A stretch of 57,828 nt of DNA, counting the filler, from Sphacelaria rigidula (Eukaryota), in NCBI GenBank assembly GCA_964200075.2. It is 6 parts of 6 records of this genome, joined end to end, with 100 filler letters (N's around TTAATTAATTAA, not from the genome) between each part and the next. Parts side by side here need not be neighbours in the genome. Positions count along the whole stretch, not along the records: positions 19,311 to 28,865 come from CAXNAA020008233.1; positions 28,966 to 38,520 come from CAXNAA020008234.1; 4 more parts are not named here. One strand, written 5' to 3'. Each line of letters starts with the position of its first letter. Positions within the stretch are counted from its first letter, which is position 1. The notes beneath the pieces were generated by a model that saw only the letters and a list, made by a program, of their open reading frames with translations, was not told where the DNA came from and ran no database searches. This document shows, piece by piece, positions 24,892 through 36,600 of the stretch. The translations under genes and the position numbers were made by a program.

Positions 24892-25749
24892 GTGAGTGGG
24901 GTTGAAAAAATTGCGATGGCGGAGGGCGATACGGCAGGGTTTGTTGTGGGACTGGTACTGACTCGGCTCATTGCAGTCACGCCGGAAAAGCTCCCTGTTG
25001 TTGAGTTTTTTTCCGGGGGGAGGGGGGTCGATGGTCCCGGTACAGTGTGGTATCCCACTATAGTGCGGTCGGTCCAAATCACACTCGTCCCGACACTCTA
25101 ATCAAGCCAATTACACTTTTCCAGTGTGGCAGTCGGTGTGTCTTTTCCAAATCATATTAATTTTCTTTCTCAAGATAACTGTTGTTTATTTCGCTTACAC
25201 TCTCTTCCGCGCTTTGTCGAGTTTCCCCTGGTGAGTGAGTGTTTCTTTCTTGTTCGATGTACTGGCATACTACCTTGTGTTGGTCTACATGTTGTCACCA
25301 CATATGCATCCCACGGCTGGATATGGGTCGTTTCTTGTGTCTGGGCCTCGGAATTTTGTATTCAAAAGGTATTTCAGAACCTGGACATGATATTATGGTC
25401 AAGAGATGCAACAGACAAGAAATGTACTGGGTAAAGTATGGAACTAATGCAACTATTGTCGGTCGTCAATAGTTGCAATAGGCCTATACTTTCATCCAGT
25501 ACATATTTTTTCTGATGCATCTTTTGTGTACTGGGTGAAGTATGTATCTATTGAACTACTGTCGGCCGTCAATAGTCGCAATATGTGTATACTTTGTCTG
25601 TTGCGTCTAATGCCCACACGTATTGTCCGACGTATGAAGCATGTCACAGCCCACAGAAGTTCCTCTCGGATCTTTTCTCGTCGTGCATGCTTCGAAGAGA
25701 TACTGGAGTAGAGATGAAATCGGTGCATCAATCCTCAGTGTTCCCATGT

Positions 25750-26655
25750 GTCATAATATCATTCCATCTATTTTGGACGCCAGTATGCACTTTTTGGTAT
25801 AAGTGGGAGCATTAGCCAGGGTCACACAGGAGGAAGGTCGACACATTTTTTTTTTGGTTTTTGGTTTTAGGCCGCTCCTTGAAGCAGACAAAAATATAAA
25901 TCTTGAAAAGTACCTTTTGCACCTTTTGAGTTGTTTCACGCCCTAAACGAGAGCCAGGCGGATTTTGACACCTTGGTATGACTTGCGGTACTCGTTGATA
26001 TTTCCAACACACCTGTGTGTATTTTTTCCGGTGGCCACATTTTTTTTCTTGCCCAGACTTACATTTTTCTCGGAGATCGCTCAAGTCTACACAAATTCGC
26101 GAAGGTTTCCTGCACTTGACGGGTCTCCGAGAAAAATGCAAGTCTTGGCAAGAAGAAAACTGTGGCAACGGAAAGACGCACACGTGTGTTGGAACCGTCT
26201 AAACGAGTACAGCAAGGCATTACAAGGTGTCATAATCCGCCTAGCTCTCTTAGAGGGCGTAAAACGACTTGGAAGCTCCAAAAAGGCACTTTTCCAGATT
26301 TATATGTTTGTCTGCTGTAAAGAGCGGCTTTAGTACTTCATCTTCCTTCTGCGGTGCTTGCTTCTTCTTTTTTTTGTCGCTAGGAGAGTTCCGCGGTCTT
26401 GCTCCGTCTCGAGAGGGATTCGTGGTCAACGGTCGAACGACTAAGGCAAGCAGGAAATGAGTACACGCCCCTCTTCCCCACCCCATTCCCTCGTCGAAAG
26501 TGACTTCGAATTTTGTGTACCCAGAACATAATCCCTCTCAACTGTTGGGCATGGTGTGAGAAGAAATCTCAGATGGTGTGACTTCACCGAGTTTCAAATA
26601 ACCCACGACCCAAGCGTCAGAAGGTTTCGCCGGTTCCAACTGAACCACCGGAGTG
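25750..26655 (-). mobile_element. SINE family 2 copy interrupted by two younger insertions
   Basis: Head and body at ~26333-26655 and tail at ~25750-25866 align with 1-342 and 46941-47316. Split by the MITE at 25870-26329 and the 66-bp unit at 26399-26464. Confidence 0.7.
25870..26329. mobile_element. PIF/Harbinger (Tourist)-like foldback MITE
   Basis: Termini ggccgctc / gagcggct with TTA duplicated at 25867-25869 and 26330-26332. Almost the whole 460 bp is an imperfect palindrome. Confidence 0.8.
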
Positions 26656-26833
26656 ACTCCATGGACAAGCTATATCCGGAGGCTTAGACGATACCCACTC
26701 TGCCTGAGTCATTGCTCATCCGCCGGCCTTCGCTTTTGTTGTGGTAATGAGTCACGATAACCACTGTGCTTGACACGTTGATTTTCCGCTGGATTCTGTC
26801 GTGCTTCCGGGGTCGGATGGGGGGGAACGACAG

Positions 26834-26885
26834 GTTTCCGTCAGCCATGAGCCCCTGCGTGGTGGAGTTTGTGCTGAGCGATTCG
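26834..26885 (+). CDS. VPS34: Vps34 gene, small exon (FPSAMSPCVVEFVLSDS)
   Basis: Continues in phase from 24891 and corresponds to the PI3K FKSAxxPxxLxF motif. cag acceptor, gtgggg donor. Confidence 0.75.
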
Positions 26886-27318
26886 GTGGGGTCTAGCTTT
26901 AGATCGGACGACCTCTTGCTAGGTACAACTCTCTGTGAACGTTTTGCTTTAACCGTTTAGTTTCTTGCCCTCCTTGATTGCGTGAGACATGAATAATGGT
27001 GATGATGAATGATGTAAAGTTCCTATTTTTCAAGTGAATGGAGAGTGAATAAATGAGAACGTGAAAGACACCGCAGAATTCGGCGTCTCCGCCAAAAATT
27101 ATTTCGACTCGGGACAGTTTCGGTTTTTTTCTCAACTGAACTTGGTTGGAATCGGGCAAGCAAGACTTTGGCGTAAAGGAGAGTAGAATATTGGACACCC
27201 TCCGCTACTCAGGACTTTGTTTCTTTTGTGTGTGATTTCCTTTTTTTTTTTTGTCGTTTTATATCCGTTGTGTGTGCGTGTCTTTTTGTCAGACCCGACC
27301 GATATCGACGGTCCACAG

Positions 27319-27426
27319 ATGATCACGAACATCAGCGCCGCAGGCATGGGCCAGTGGAGCGGGGGACCTTTGCCTAGGCAACCACAGCATCGTACCGTTT
27401 CTGCCTCCACCGTGGAGGAGTGGGAG
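27319..27426 (+). CDS. VPS34: Vps34 gene, probable insert exon (MITNISAAGMGQWSGG...VEEWE)
   Basis: cag acceptor at 27318 in phase 0, gtgaac donor. Not conserved sequence; assigned by phase only. Confidence 0.5.
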
Positions 27427-28075
27427 GTGAACAAATATTTGCATCAATCAAAATTCAGTAAAGGACAGAAGACACACATCGGACAGCTCATGAGCTACCT
27501 AATTATTACTTCTTATTAGTGTACTGATCCGGATCATGAGCTAGCTCATTTGACCCCTTTTTCCATATTTGCTCCCTACAGCCTTGGACGCCCAGCACGC
27601 GGAGTAGCCCAAAGGTAGCGCTCCGCCCTTCTCTGACCCCGTTGTCACGTATCTTGTTTCCTTGGAGGAGGAAACCGAGGCTACTCTTCGATTGATTAGT
27701 TTGAGTAGCTCATGAGCTGTCCGGCGTGTGAGAGAAAACAATACTGCACGTGATCACCCTCTGTGACTTTGTTCAACTGAGTGGGCAGGTGATCAAATAA
27801 AATACAGAGGACTTTGTTAGCTCACACCTGGTTGGGTATGTTGACGTGTTCGAATACTTGGGGGAGTCCTGCTCTACATACGCTCTACATATATATGTAT
27901 GTATGTCGAGATATATGTACAAATAGTGTTCGTCTGTTCGACGGCGCCAATACTTCTGCCTTTTGTTTCCGGAACTCTCCTGACTTCGTGGGGAAAAGAG
28001 GACTTTCTTCGAAAAAGTTGAGAGTAGATTGCTTACGCAGGTCAGGCGATAAATCAACTTCGTATATATGCAGTA

Positions 28076-28630
28076 CGAGATGGGCCGGCCTACAAACAGA
28101 TTCAAGCTCTCAAACCGAAATTTCATCGACGCAGACGAGTTGGGCCATGATTCGCATATCGTATTAATTGTCTGATCAAGGGGAAGCTGCCCATCTGCTC
28201 AAAAGTCTGGGCCAACATTTTTTCTTTGATCAAACCCCATGTCTAGTAATTCCTATACTGTACAGGGATAACGTACATACGACTCCAAACGATGTGTACA
28301 GCGGATGATGACGTTTTTTGGTGTGGGCATTCCCTGAGCACGGGGAGCCCCCCGATTGCTGTGCATGAAAAATTCGGAGCGAAATCAGCCTAGGTTGTGT
28401 TGTTTCGTCGCGTTTCTGGTCATCATTTGTACCTTTCCTGGGCAAAATACGAAAATGTATACCTTCTCTAGGCCAATGCTCTTCATTCTTTCGGGGAGAG
28501 GTGTGGGCGTTTTCGTGAAAATATGGTCTTGATTATACTAAAACGTCCTGAACAAGTGAAGGAAAACTATAAAATCAATAATTTCTCACATTTTTGGGGT
28601 CATTTTGGCCCAGCGAGGTCCCACTCTAAA
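28076..28630. mobile_element. Inverted second copy of the 23498-24623 element
   Basis: 28076-28338 is the reverse complement of ~24343-24623, and ~28505-28625 of ~23895-24015. Confidence 0.7.
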
Positions 28631-28865
28631 TTCCATCACAAGTTCCAAATCTGGGCTGGTGAGTAGCATGCAAAATAATGTTCCGAAATTATCCCGACCC
28701 AGTTTTTATGAGGCCCAATCGCAATTTGATACAGTAGTCAGCGTCAGAAGTATGCAGAATCCGTCATTTCTTAGTTTCTCAAAGATTGTCCAAATTTGTT
28801 TTGGTTGCCACCGCTCATCACGGTGACTGTTGAATGAAAAAAAATGCGCATCCGGGGATATTTGA

Positions 28866-28965
28866 NNNNNNNNNNNNNNNNNNNNNNNNNNNNNNNNNNN
28901 NNNNNNNNNTTAATTAATTAANNNNNNNNNNNNNNNNNNNNNNNNNNNNNNNNNNNNNNNNNNNN
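28866..28965. other. Artificial spacer between fragments
   Basis: N44-TTAATTAATTAA-N44. Confidence 0.97.
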
Positions 28966-29336
28966 ACGCAAACCAAAACTGGGCTCTTCCTCCGTCCCGT
29001 TTTCGGCCGAAAAACAAAAGTACTCCTGCTCCGCGAAGGTTTCTTCGATCCGCATGGCCGCGCTGCCTCCGACCTCTGGTCCGGCTACTGCACTGATCAG
29101 TTCCGTCGCCTCGCACTTATCTTCTGCCATTCCATACAGCACAGTCTCCACCTGAGCTCTCAACTGGCCTTGCCGCTTCAGCCCGCGAAGGAAAATCCTA
29201 TTCTTTTCCCTTTCCATCATCCAGTCCGGTTGTGTTTCTGCCGCCGACGCCAGCTCGTTTTGGTCGGCTGCCGCTCTCGTCGCACTGCGCGTGACAGAGG
29301 TGGTCACGGTGACAAACTGCACCGAAGTCGCAACAT
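28966..29336 (-). CDS. Exon of an unidentified protein, cut by the fragment end
   Basis: Acceptor at 29337-29339 (or 29346-29348). Open frame of more than 120 codons (..PDWMMEREKNRIFLRGLKRQGQLRAQVETVLYG..) with exon-like composition. Confidence 0.55.
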
Positions 29337-29634
29337 CTGTGAAACCTAGAGAGTCTGATTTTTATGAACTGCATCAACACAACTCAAACGGCTCTCAAAA
29401 CCTGAGGGAAGGTGGCCGCTCCGGGTCCACTTAAACATCCGAAAATACCATCGAACAGCAATACCAAACTTTTCTGGGATCGGCATCAGGCAGTCCTTGA
29501 AAAACGGAACATAAATCGACAAGTTACCGTTTGTATGAGAAAACAATGCGCATGGAATGCTTTGCAGGTTGGAAAACACGGATTTTGATGGAAAGAAACT
29601 TCTCGGGGCCTCCATTTGTATTGTATCCGCCTGT

Positions 29635-29926
29635 GAGTCATCCTACGATGGGGGGGGGGGTATTTTGGGCCACTTCTTGCACGAAATTCCGAGTCATATC
29701 GTCGTTGAAAGCAGCAACGGTTGTTCGAACGAGCTTGTTGATTGATTGATTGATTGATTGATTGGTTATCGAACGAGCTTGTTGTGGATTGGTAACACTT
29801 ATCTATACTGCCTGACACCGTTTGAAACCAAAAACAAGCGCAACGGAAGTGTGGGTCATTTGACACACCTGTGAGCCTCTTTTTCCATGCAACCAAATAC
29901 CCCCCCCCCCTATCGTAGGATGACTC
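29635..29926. mobile_element. Non-autonomous DNA transposon with GAG..CTC termini and 4-bp TSD (Sola2-like)
   Basis: TIR gagtcatcctacgat-(G)n-tattt mirrored at the right end; CTGT duplicated at 29631-29634 and 29927-29930. Lone ends at ~6734-6765 and ~48339-48369. Confidence 0.75.
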
Positions 29927-30901
29927 CTGTAAAAAGTCTTTCCTCGTTCATCAACGCCTGGCTGCGGGACAGGGAAGCCATGGCCGCTAGCGCTGGCGCC
30001 GGCACAGGACCCTTACATGGGGACAACTTTGTAGTAAATACAATCTTTTGCGCGAAGGGCAATCATGTCCGAGCGTTCAAGATCGGCACCCTGCAGATAC
30101 TGAGGGCCTGTTTGAAATCAGCCGAAGAACTAAAACATGGGACATGTTTTGTATACTGTACTGCAGCACAAACACACTCACTTCCGCTGCCTACACACTT
30201 GACTGTTGAAAATCTCATGTTACCCGGACCCATCACTGGCGCGATACCGAACACGGCTGGGTAGAGGCACACAACCAGCACCAGTATACACCGTTCGACC
30301 GGCTGGGCAAGGCCCCATGCTCCAGTAAAAGGGGCGACGCACAGCACAGTGCGGATATACTGCACCGCCAGGGTGCTGCTTGCACCCGTCAGCATGACGG
30401 CTGCTGCGGTTGGCATCGGCGCCAGCGCTCGCAACCACGGCAAGATTAATTTTGCAACAAGAGAAGCTGATGCGTACTATATACAGTCCGTGTTCAGGTT
30501 CTAAAACTAAAAAAAACTGCAGAACTGCCGTGTTATCTTGTGTTTAGTGTAATACTCTGCTCTCCATGTACCACTGCAGAATTGTCTTGTGTTCAGTGTA
30601 GTGCCCTGTACTCCAAATATTGGGGTCATGTTTTGAACGGTTTTCCGAACCGTTCTCCTTGTTTTTTCAACAGTATTCCGAAAAAAACGCGAGTGTTTTC
30701 TGTCACAGAAATCTAACGCCGAATCTGGAATAGCCTGAGACAACAACCAATTTGAAAATTGGAACGGACGGTTCCTGGTGAAGACAAACGTCCTGGGAAA
30801 CAAGCGCAAATTGTTTTTGACGACGGGGAAAAAACGTCCGAACCCGAGGCATTTTGGTTGGGAGCGCAGCGGGGAAAGGTGGGGAGGGGGGGGGAGACGG
30901 G

Positions 30902-31290
30902 GTACTCATGGTCATGCATGCCATAGTCATGAGACTACTGGTCTCGCATCCGCACGATGCCGGGACGGAGCACGCCGGGTTTCCGCCGGACCAGGCTCGC
31001 ACTCAAACCGCCAAGCGCGAAGCGCCGTGGTGTCTTCGTCGAGCCGCATGAAGGGTGACCTGCATCCTGCGAAGTTTGTTCGGCCCGAAGCCCACTGATG
31101 ATCTTGCATTTGGATGACAGCCTACAATGAATTGCTTCTTTTTCTGGTATCGCCACTTCCAGAGACAAGCCATGGCTTATACACTGCCTCATGGGTGTCT
31201 CACCATTTTAACATCTTACGTAGTACGACCATCCCTTTTGTGCGGAGTTGAGGTTCTCTCATGCCGCACAACATGATCTACAGTAGCTCG
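30902..31290 (-). mobile_element. ~390-bp repeat whose terminus is a variant of the 66-bp unit
   Basis: Aligns with ~46076-46420 in the same orientation and, in shorter form, with ~38130-38233 (opposite orientation) and ~5314-5390. Abuts a G-run. Confidence 0.7.
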
Positions 31291-32338
31291 ACTACCATCA
31301 TGGTTACCGCAAAACAATACTCAAGCGCGCAAAACAAAAACGGTAACCTGGTTGCCTAGCTTATGCAGTGAGGGGCATGTTTTGCAGCGTCATCGCCAAC
31401 CGACGCGAACCCCATCGGTTGACACAGCACCTTGTGGGGGGGGCATAAGAAGGACCACAAGATGTGTCATTTTCAGCATGTGTTGAGCACGAAAACGTCG
31501 ACTGTGTACACACAGCAAGATCTGCAACAAGTCCGCAGGATTATTCGCCTACACGAAGAATGAGAACGCAGAGCTAACATTCTGGAGTATACGACCCCCG
31601 TATGCTACTATACATCGTCTTTAGTGTGCATAAATACTACATGCGATCTGATGCATACGGCCTTTTGGTGCAAAATTTCGCGTACTGTACATTACATCAA
31701 CAGTAGTGAGACACAATAATTCAAAGATATACCAAAACTTCTAGTATTATCACCCACAACAGTGCAAGTACGTGAAAGTTCAACGTGCGTTCAACCGCCT
31801 ACACCCGAGAGACTTCACCCCAACTGAAAATTATGGGTTGGACTCTCACCCGCAACTAAACATATGCTTCTAGTGTAAAACACGGGAAAGGGAAACCATC
31901 TCGCTACTGGTATTGGCCATAATCATTCGAGGCCCGGAGGTGAGGGGATAAGATACAACATCGATATTCATTCCCCTTTAGGCTACCAACTACGTGAACG
32001 TAGATTCCGCGAAGTAAGCAAAGCCCTCGTCTCCCCCTCGTGAATTTGAGCGTTCTAAAGAGGGGTCTCTACTGCTCGCTCAGGGATACTGACTGCACTG
32101 CTCATCCGAGGATCGTTTCTGCTCATTCGTTGAGGATTTTGATGCTACATTTTTCAGGGGACTTCACTGCCGGGAGATTCACCCGTGTATACATCACCCA
32201 GCACGTGAAAACCAAGCCGCGAGATAAACCGTAAACGCCATGGACATGCACGCAGATCATAGACTCAACGGGCACAAAAATCAACACACTCTCGGCCTTA
32301 AATCCTTCCTTCGCCCAACCGACAAGCATCGACGGGTC

Positions 32339-32522
32339 TCAACGGTCTTGCTCCAGCACGTGCATCTTGAACTGCCTGCACGAGAGCTGATAGCCGTCCT
32401 TAGCACCTTTCCGTCCCGGCACTTCTTCTCTATTCAACCCCCATTTCAACCCCGCCGCCGACATGCGGCCCCGTAGAAGATTCAGGTAGGCGTCGCGTTC
32501 GCGCTCGTTTCGGAAGAACAGC
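32339..32522 (-). CDS. DEDDh exonuclease gene, terminal exon (LFFRNERERDAYLNLLRGRM...VLEQDR*)
   Basis: aag acceptor at 32523-32525. Phase 2 matches the donor of exon 38276-38508 (AA|G = Lys). TGA at 32339-32341. Absent from the ORF track. Confidence 0.65.
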
Positions 32523-33109
32523 CTTGATTTTCACGTGCGTTTGATGTTCACGTTCAAGTTTTTGTTACGTAAGAACGACAAAAATAAAGGCGAAGGGAAG
32601 ATGAACAAGAGAAAAAGGAAGAAAAAAGAAGAAGGGGAAGACATAAAGCCAGCGAACGAGCGTCGACACGAACACACGAACATACAACGTCAAAGAAAAT
32701 GTCGTGGGATGAAGGAAGAAGAGGATCGATGCACCAGGCAGAAATATCCAATCTTCAAAAAAGGGGTGCGGGGAATGGGTTTTCCACGACTCCAATCGAA
32801 TGGAATTCGATTTTTTGTAAAACCATGTGCGCTAACGCTAGATGTACGATTCTGATACCAACCCAAGGCGGACGGAGAACCCTCGAGTAATGACGGTGAA
32901 TCTCGTGTCCTCGGCAAACTGTGCGATGGCAGAGCTCAAATGTTCGGCACAGGCAGCGATTTGAGGCAAAAGGCGTGCTGAGCATGCTGGGGCGTGCACG
33001 GAGGACTGTGAGCTCTGTAATGATCTGAATATGATGATCTACACTTGAAACAAAAATTCAGCCATGGATGTGGGGAGCCGCGCTGATCGGGGAGAACTGC
33101 ACTGGGGGC

Positions 33110-33175
33110 GTACTCATTTGTTGCTTGCCTTAGTCATTTGACCATTGACCACGCATCCCTTTCGAGACGGAGCAC
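33110..33175 (-). mobile_element. 66-bp poly-C-associated element with 12-bp target-site duplication
   Basis: Consensus copy flanked by CTGCACTGGGGG at 33097-33108 and 33176-33187. Confidence 0.88.
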
Positions 33176-33208
33176 CTGCACTGGGGGGNNNNNNNNNNGG
33201 GGCGGGGG

Positions 33209-33248
<40 letters not shown>

Positions 33249-33286
33249 CGTACTCACGCTAAGCGCGATTATGGCCAAGCGTGTGA

Positions 33287-34552
33287 AGATCTGCACCACA
33301 CATCGGACGGATCACTCTCTACAGGATCCGGGTAATGCAGCTCAAGTGTGAACAAACATGTGTACCCGATTCGGGTGATACAGTTCAACTAGTTATGGAA
33401 CGGTCTTCGTGATCCGGATCTCATCGATCAAGAGGGAGGTATCTTGTACGGGGTATAAGGATACACAGGTTCTCCTTGACGTTTCGTGTACATCTGATTC
33501 GGATTACATAGGTGTGCCCCAGGAGATCATATCGGATCACACGGGTCATAGATCATCACCTGACAGACATGTACGGATCGCACGGGTCATACAGATAATC
33601 ATCGGACATATATGTACGAATCGCACGGGTCATACAGGTCAGCCATCACGCCATGTGGTTTTTAGGTTACCACACGAGAAATGTAGATAGATTAAACGGG
33701 TCGCAAAGGTTATTCAGCTGATGATCGAGCAGGCTTGCGGGAGATACCCGTGCTTCAACGCCGGCAATGTAGACGTCAATGACTGTTCTCCGGAAATTTT
33801 CGTCTGACGTCAGCCGAATGTCATGATCAACCAATCGAGCATAATATGGTTGTATTTTATTTTTTTCCCCGCCGCGCATCAGTGTACAGTACACTCTGAA
33901 AATACAAAAACAGTCGTTCATACAGCCGCTGGCACAACTGAATACTGTTCATTGTATACTTCATTCGGATGCGCCGACAGTGCACATCTTCGGAAAAAGT
34001 ATGCCGCCCTACCGTCGAACCACTCGGAATAAAATATACGTACTTCATGTTCCATATGCCAGGGTTGCTACAGCCAACGTCCGGACTTGTAGATATGCAT
34101 TGTACCCGGGCCGTACACGTGAACAGGTGAGGGAGCTGAATACTGTTTTCTTGGATACTTGATCCGGATCTCACGGGTGCGGGAAAGGGTTTCTTGTACA
34201 CTAGATTCGGGTTCTACGGGTCAGGGATAGCTTTTGGTGTAATTGAGATTCGGATCGCACGGGTCGACGACAAGCTACTGCGCTTGCCTGACCCGAGTGA
34301 TATAAATCACAACTATGTGATGTTGTACAGGTGACACGGGTTTGCAGACCAGTTGTACACGAAAGTGTTTGTGTGGACCGGGTCGTACAGCTCATCGCTC
34401 GGCAAACATGTACGGGTCAAACGGGTCCTACGGATCAGCATCGGAGAAACGTGTACGGGTGACAGCTCACCTCGGACGGATCATGATCTATGCCCCAAAT
34501 GAGCTGACCCGGATCTGTAACGAGCTGATCCATCCAACGTGTGATCTGCACT
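33287..34552. mobile_element. Putative non-autonomous TIR element with (gatc/cacgggtc) sub-repeats
   Basis: ~55-bp imperfect inverted termini (33288-33345 versus 34499-34552) and many cggatcgcacgggtc-type motifs at both ends. Confidence 0.5.
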
Positions 34553-34719
34553 CGGCAAAAATTACGACCCGTCCGAAATCAGGGGACGAACCATCACATG
34601 GGACATGTCCTGTCTCACTGTGCTGCAGGATAAACACCCTCACGCCCTCTCTCATGTGCTGTAGCTGTCACTGAGCTGTGATGTGATCAGATCTTTGCGA
34701 AGACAGTGTGGTCTCCGCC

Positions 34720-35170
34720 GTTGAAAAGTTCATGGTGTGTCGGCTGTTTCGTCTCGAGTCAAAGGGGAAAAGGCGCTCTCCAAACCCGTCATTTCTATGC
34801 TGTAGTTCTCGCTGTGCTGATGGGCATCTAAACACTCTACGACGATCACGGTGCGATGTGCACTGGAGAGTGCCTGAGCAGTTCATGCCGTGTTTCGGGC
34901 TGCACAGAATTGGGGTGGGATCAAGGTGCTGGCGAAACAAAGAAAGGTTGAAACAATCGTCACGTGACGGCTGTAGAGCTGTCTCTTGAGTCTTTTATGG
35001 TACTTCAGTTTTAGTCGGGTGCTGTGATCGGGGAAGACACGCCAGGCGGGTGCGTGCAGGTTGGGACAAACAAACTGAGCCAGCACGGAGCTGCTGTGCC
35101 CTCGTTTATTGCCGGTAGCAGCTGTCTGTGTCGCAGCGGCGCAATGTATGGACCAATCAAAGCTGCTGTT
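34720..35170. repeat. Dispersed ~450-bp repeat
   Basis: Colinear with the reverse complement of ~39085-39500 in another fragment. Confidence 0.7.
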
Positions 35171-36099
35171 TGAGTTATCTCTCACTCATGTCTCTCGTTT
35201 GATTGAATAAAGGTCGCCGCATTTTGGTGTATTTGAAGACTCTAATTGGTCGAGAAACCTTGCCAGTCAAAAATATTGCCCCTATCTGTGGGCCCAGTGC
35301 CTAGGATTCGACTGAGACGGATAATAAATGGCTTTTGCTCGATGACACGTCCCAAACTGAACAAACGTGTAAACGTGCATTATTGTATATGCATGCTCTG
35401 GTAGGCCGGCTCTTCAAAAATATATTTCGTGAATCTGGGTCTTCGAGATTCATCGTGAGAATATAGAAAACATGTAGTTTTATTTCACCAGCAAGTCATG
35501 CACCGACCATGAGTATTCCCCGCGCTTTTGTGCAGCGACCCGACACCATGACTGCGAGAATGATCCCGTCCCCCGGCGCAAAGACCGTGGGAACCCAGCC
35601 GGCGTCGCCCCACCCGAAAACTCGGTGTGCTCAGGTCAGGGCAACAGGGTAATCAACATGAACAGCTCGTTGTTTCTTCGGAGATCGTCCGGCTTTTCGA
35701 ATCACCAATGGAGATAGACAGGCAGATAAAGAATCAGCCCAATCGGTTGAGGAGTGGAGTCCTCGACAGTGCCATATCTACATGCAGTAGTTCCACCGCA
35801 CGGTAGCATCACCAACACCAAACCCAAGTTATTGCGCCGGAGGACGCCAAGGACTGCGACATCGCGGTCCCGTACACCACGAGTAATAATTACCCCTACT
35901 GCACATACGTGCATGTGCCCGGAGTTTACTGTATCGGGGGGTGGGTTCTGAGATAAAGCAGTCTGCATATATGATATTAACATACTTTCGTGGATATCAC
36001 CACATGGGAGATAAAAAACAATACGCACAATTACCTGTCAAGGGTTCATCGCTTCCACACAAGTTTGTCGTTTTCATTCAAGTTTTCCTCCATGGGAGC

Positions 36100-36600
36100 A
36101 ACGAAGACCACTTCTTGCGGGGCCGAAAGTATAAGGTGCTCAATCGAGCCAATTTTGGTCCTTTGGCGGCATTTTTCGCGTGAGAAGACGGACAGGCGGA
36201 TATAGTCACCTCGAAATGATTGGCTTGCTCCACGTACTATGTGAGAGGATCGCGGGACATTTTGACGATTTTTGGTGCGCGCGGTTTAAGTTTTGGACGG
36301 AGGGAGAAAAAAAACGAACGAGGATTGACGTCCGCAAAAGTGGCCGTTTGGGGGGGGGGGTAACTTTCCGCCACGTACAAGATTTGCCTGGTTGTTTTCT
36401 TTCCAGCCAAAAGTCAAACTGCGCGCACCGAAAAATCGCCAAAGCGAACCAGGATTCTCTCATGCAATACGTAGAGCAACTCATCCATTCAGAGGTGACA
36501 TTATCCGCCTTGCCGTCTCGTCAGATTGTTGTCGAAGGGCCAAAATGAGCACTTTTGATCACCAACACATTTTCGTTGTCGAAAGAAGTGGTCTCAAGAT
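36100..36600. mobile_element. ~500-bp foldback (MITE-like palindrome)
   Basis: Nested arms: gaccacttctt/aagaagtggtc, ggcggatatagtcacctc/gaggtgacattatccgcc and tttttggtgcgcgc/gcgcgcaccgaaaaa. Confidence 0.7.

Noticed and set aside
33181-33248. Gly/Pro-run ORFs and a G-quadruplex-like tract
   Set aside because: Homopolymer with an internal N gap; its length is unreliable and it is non-coding.
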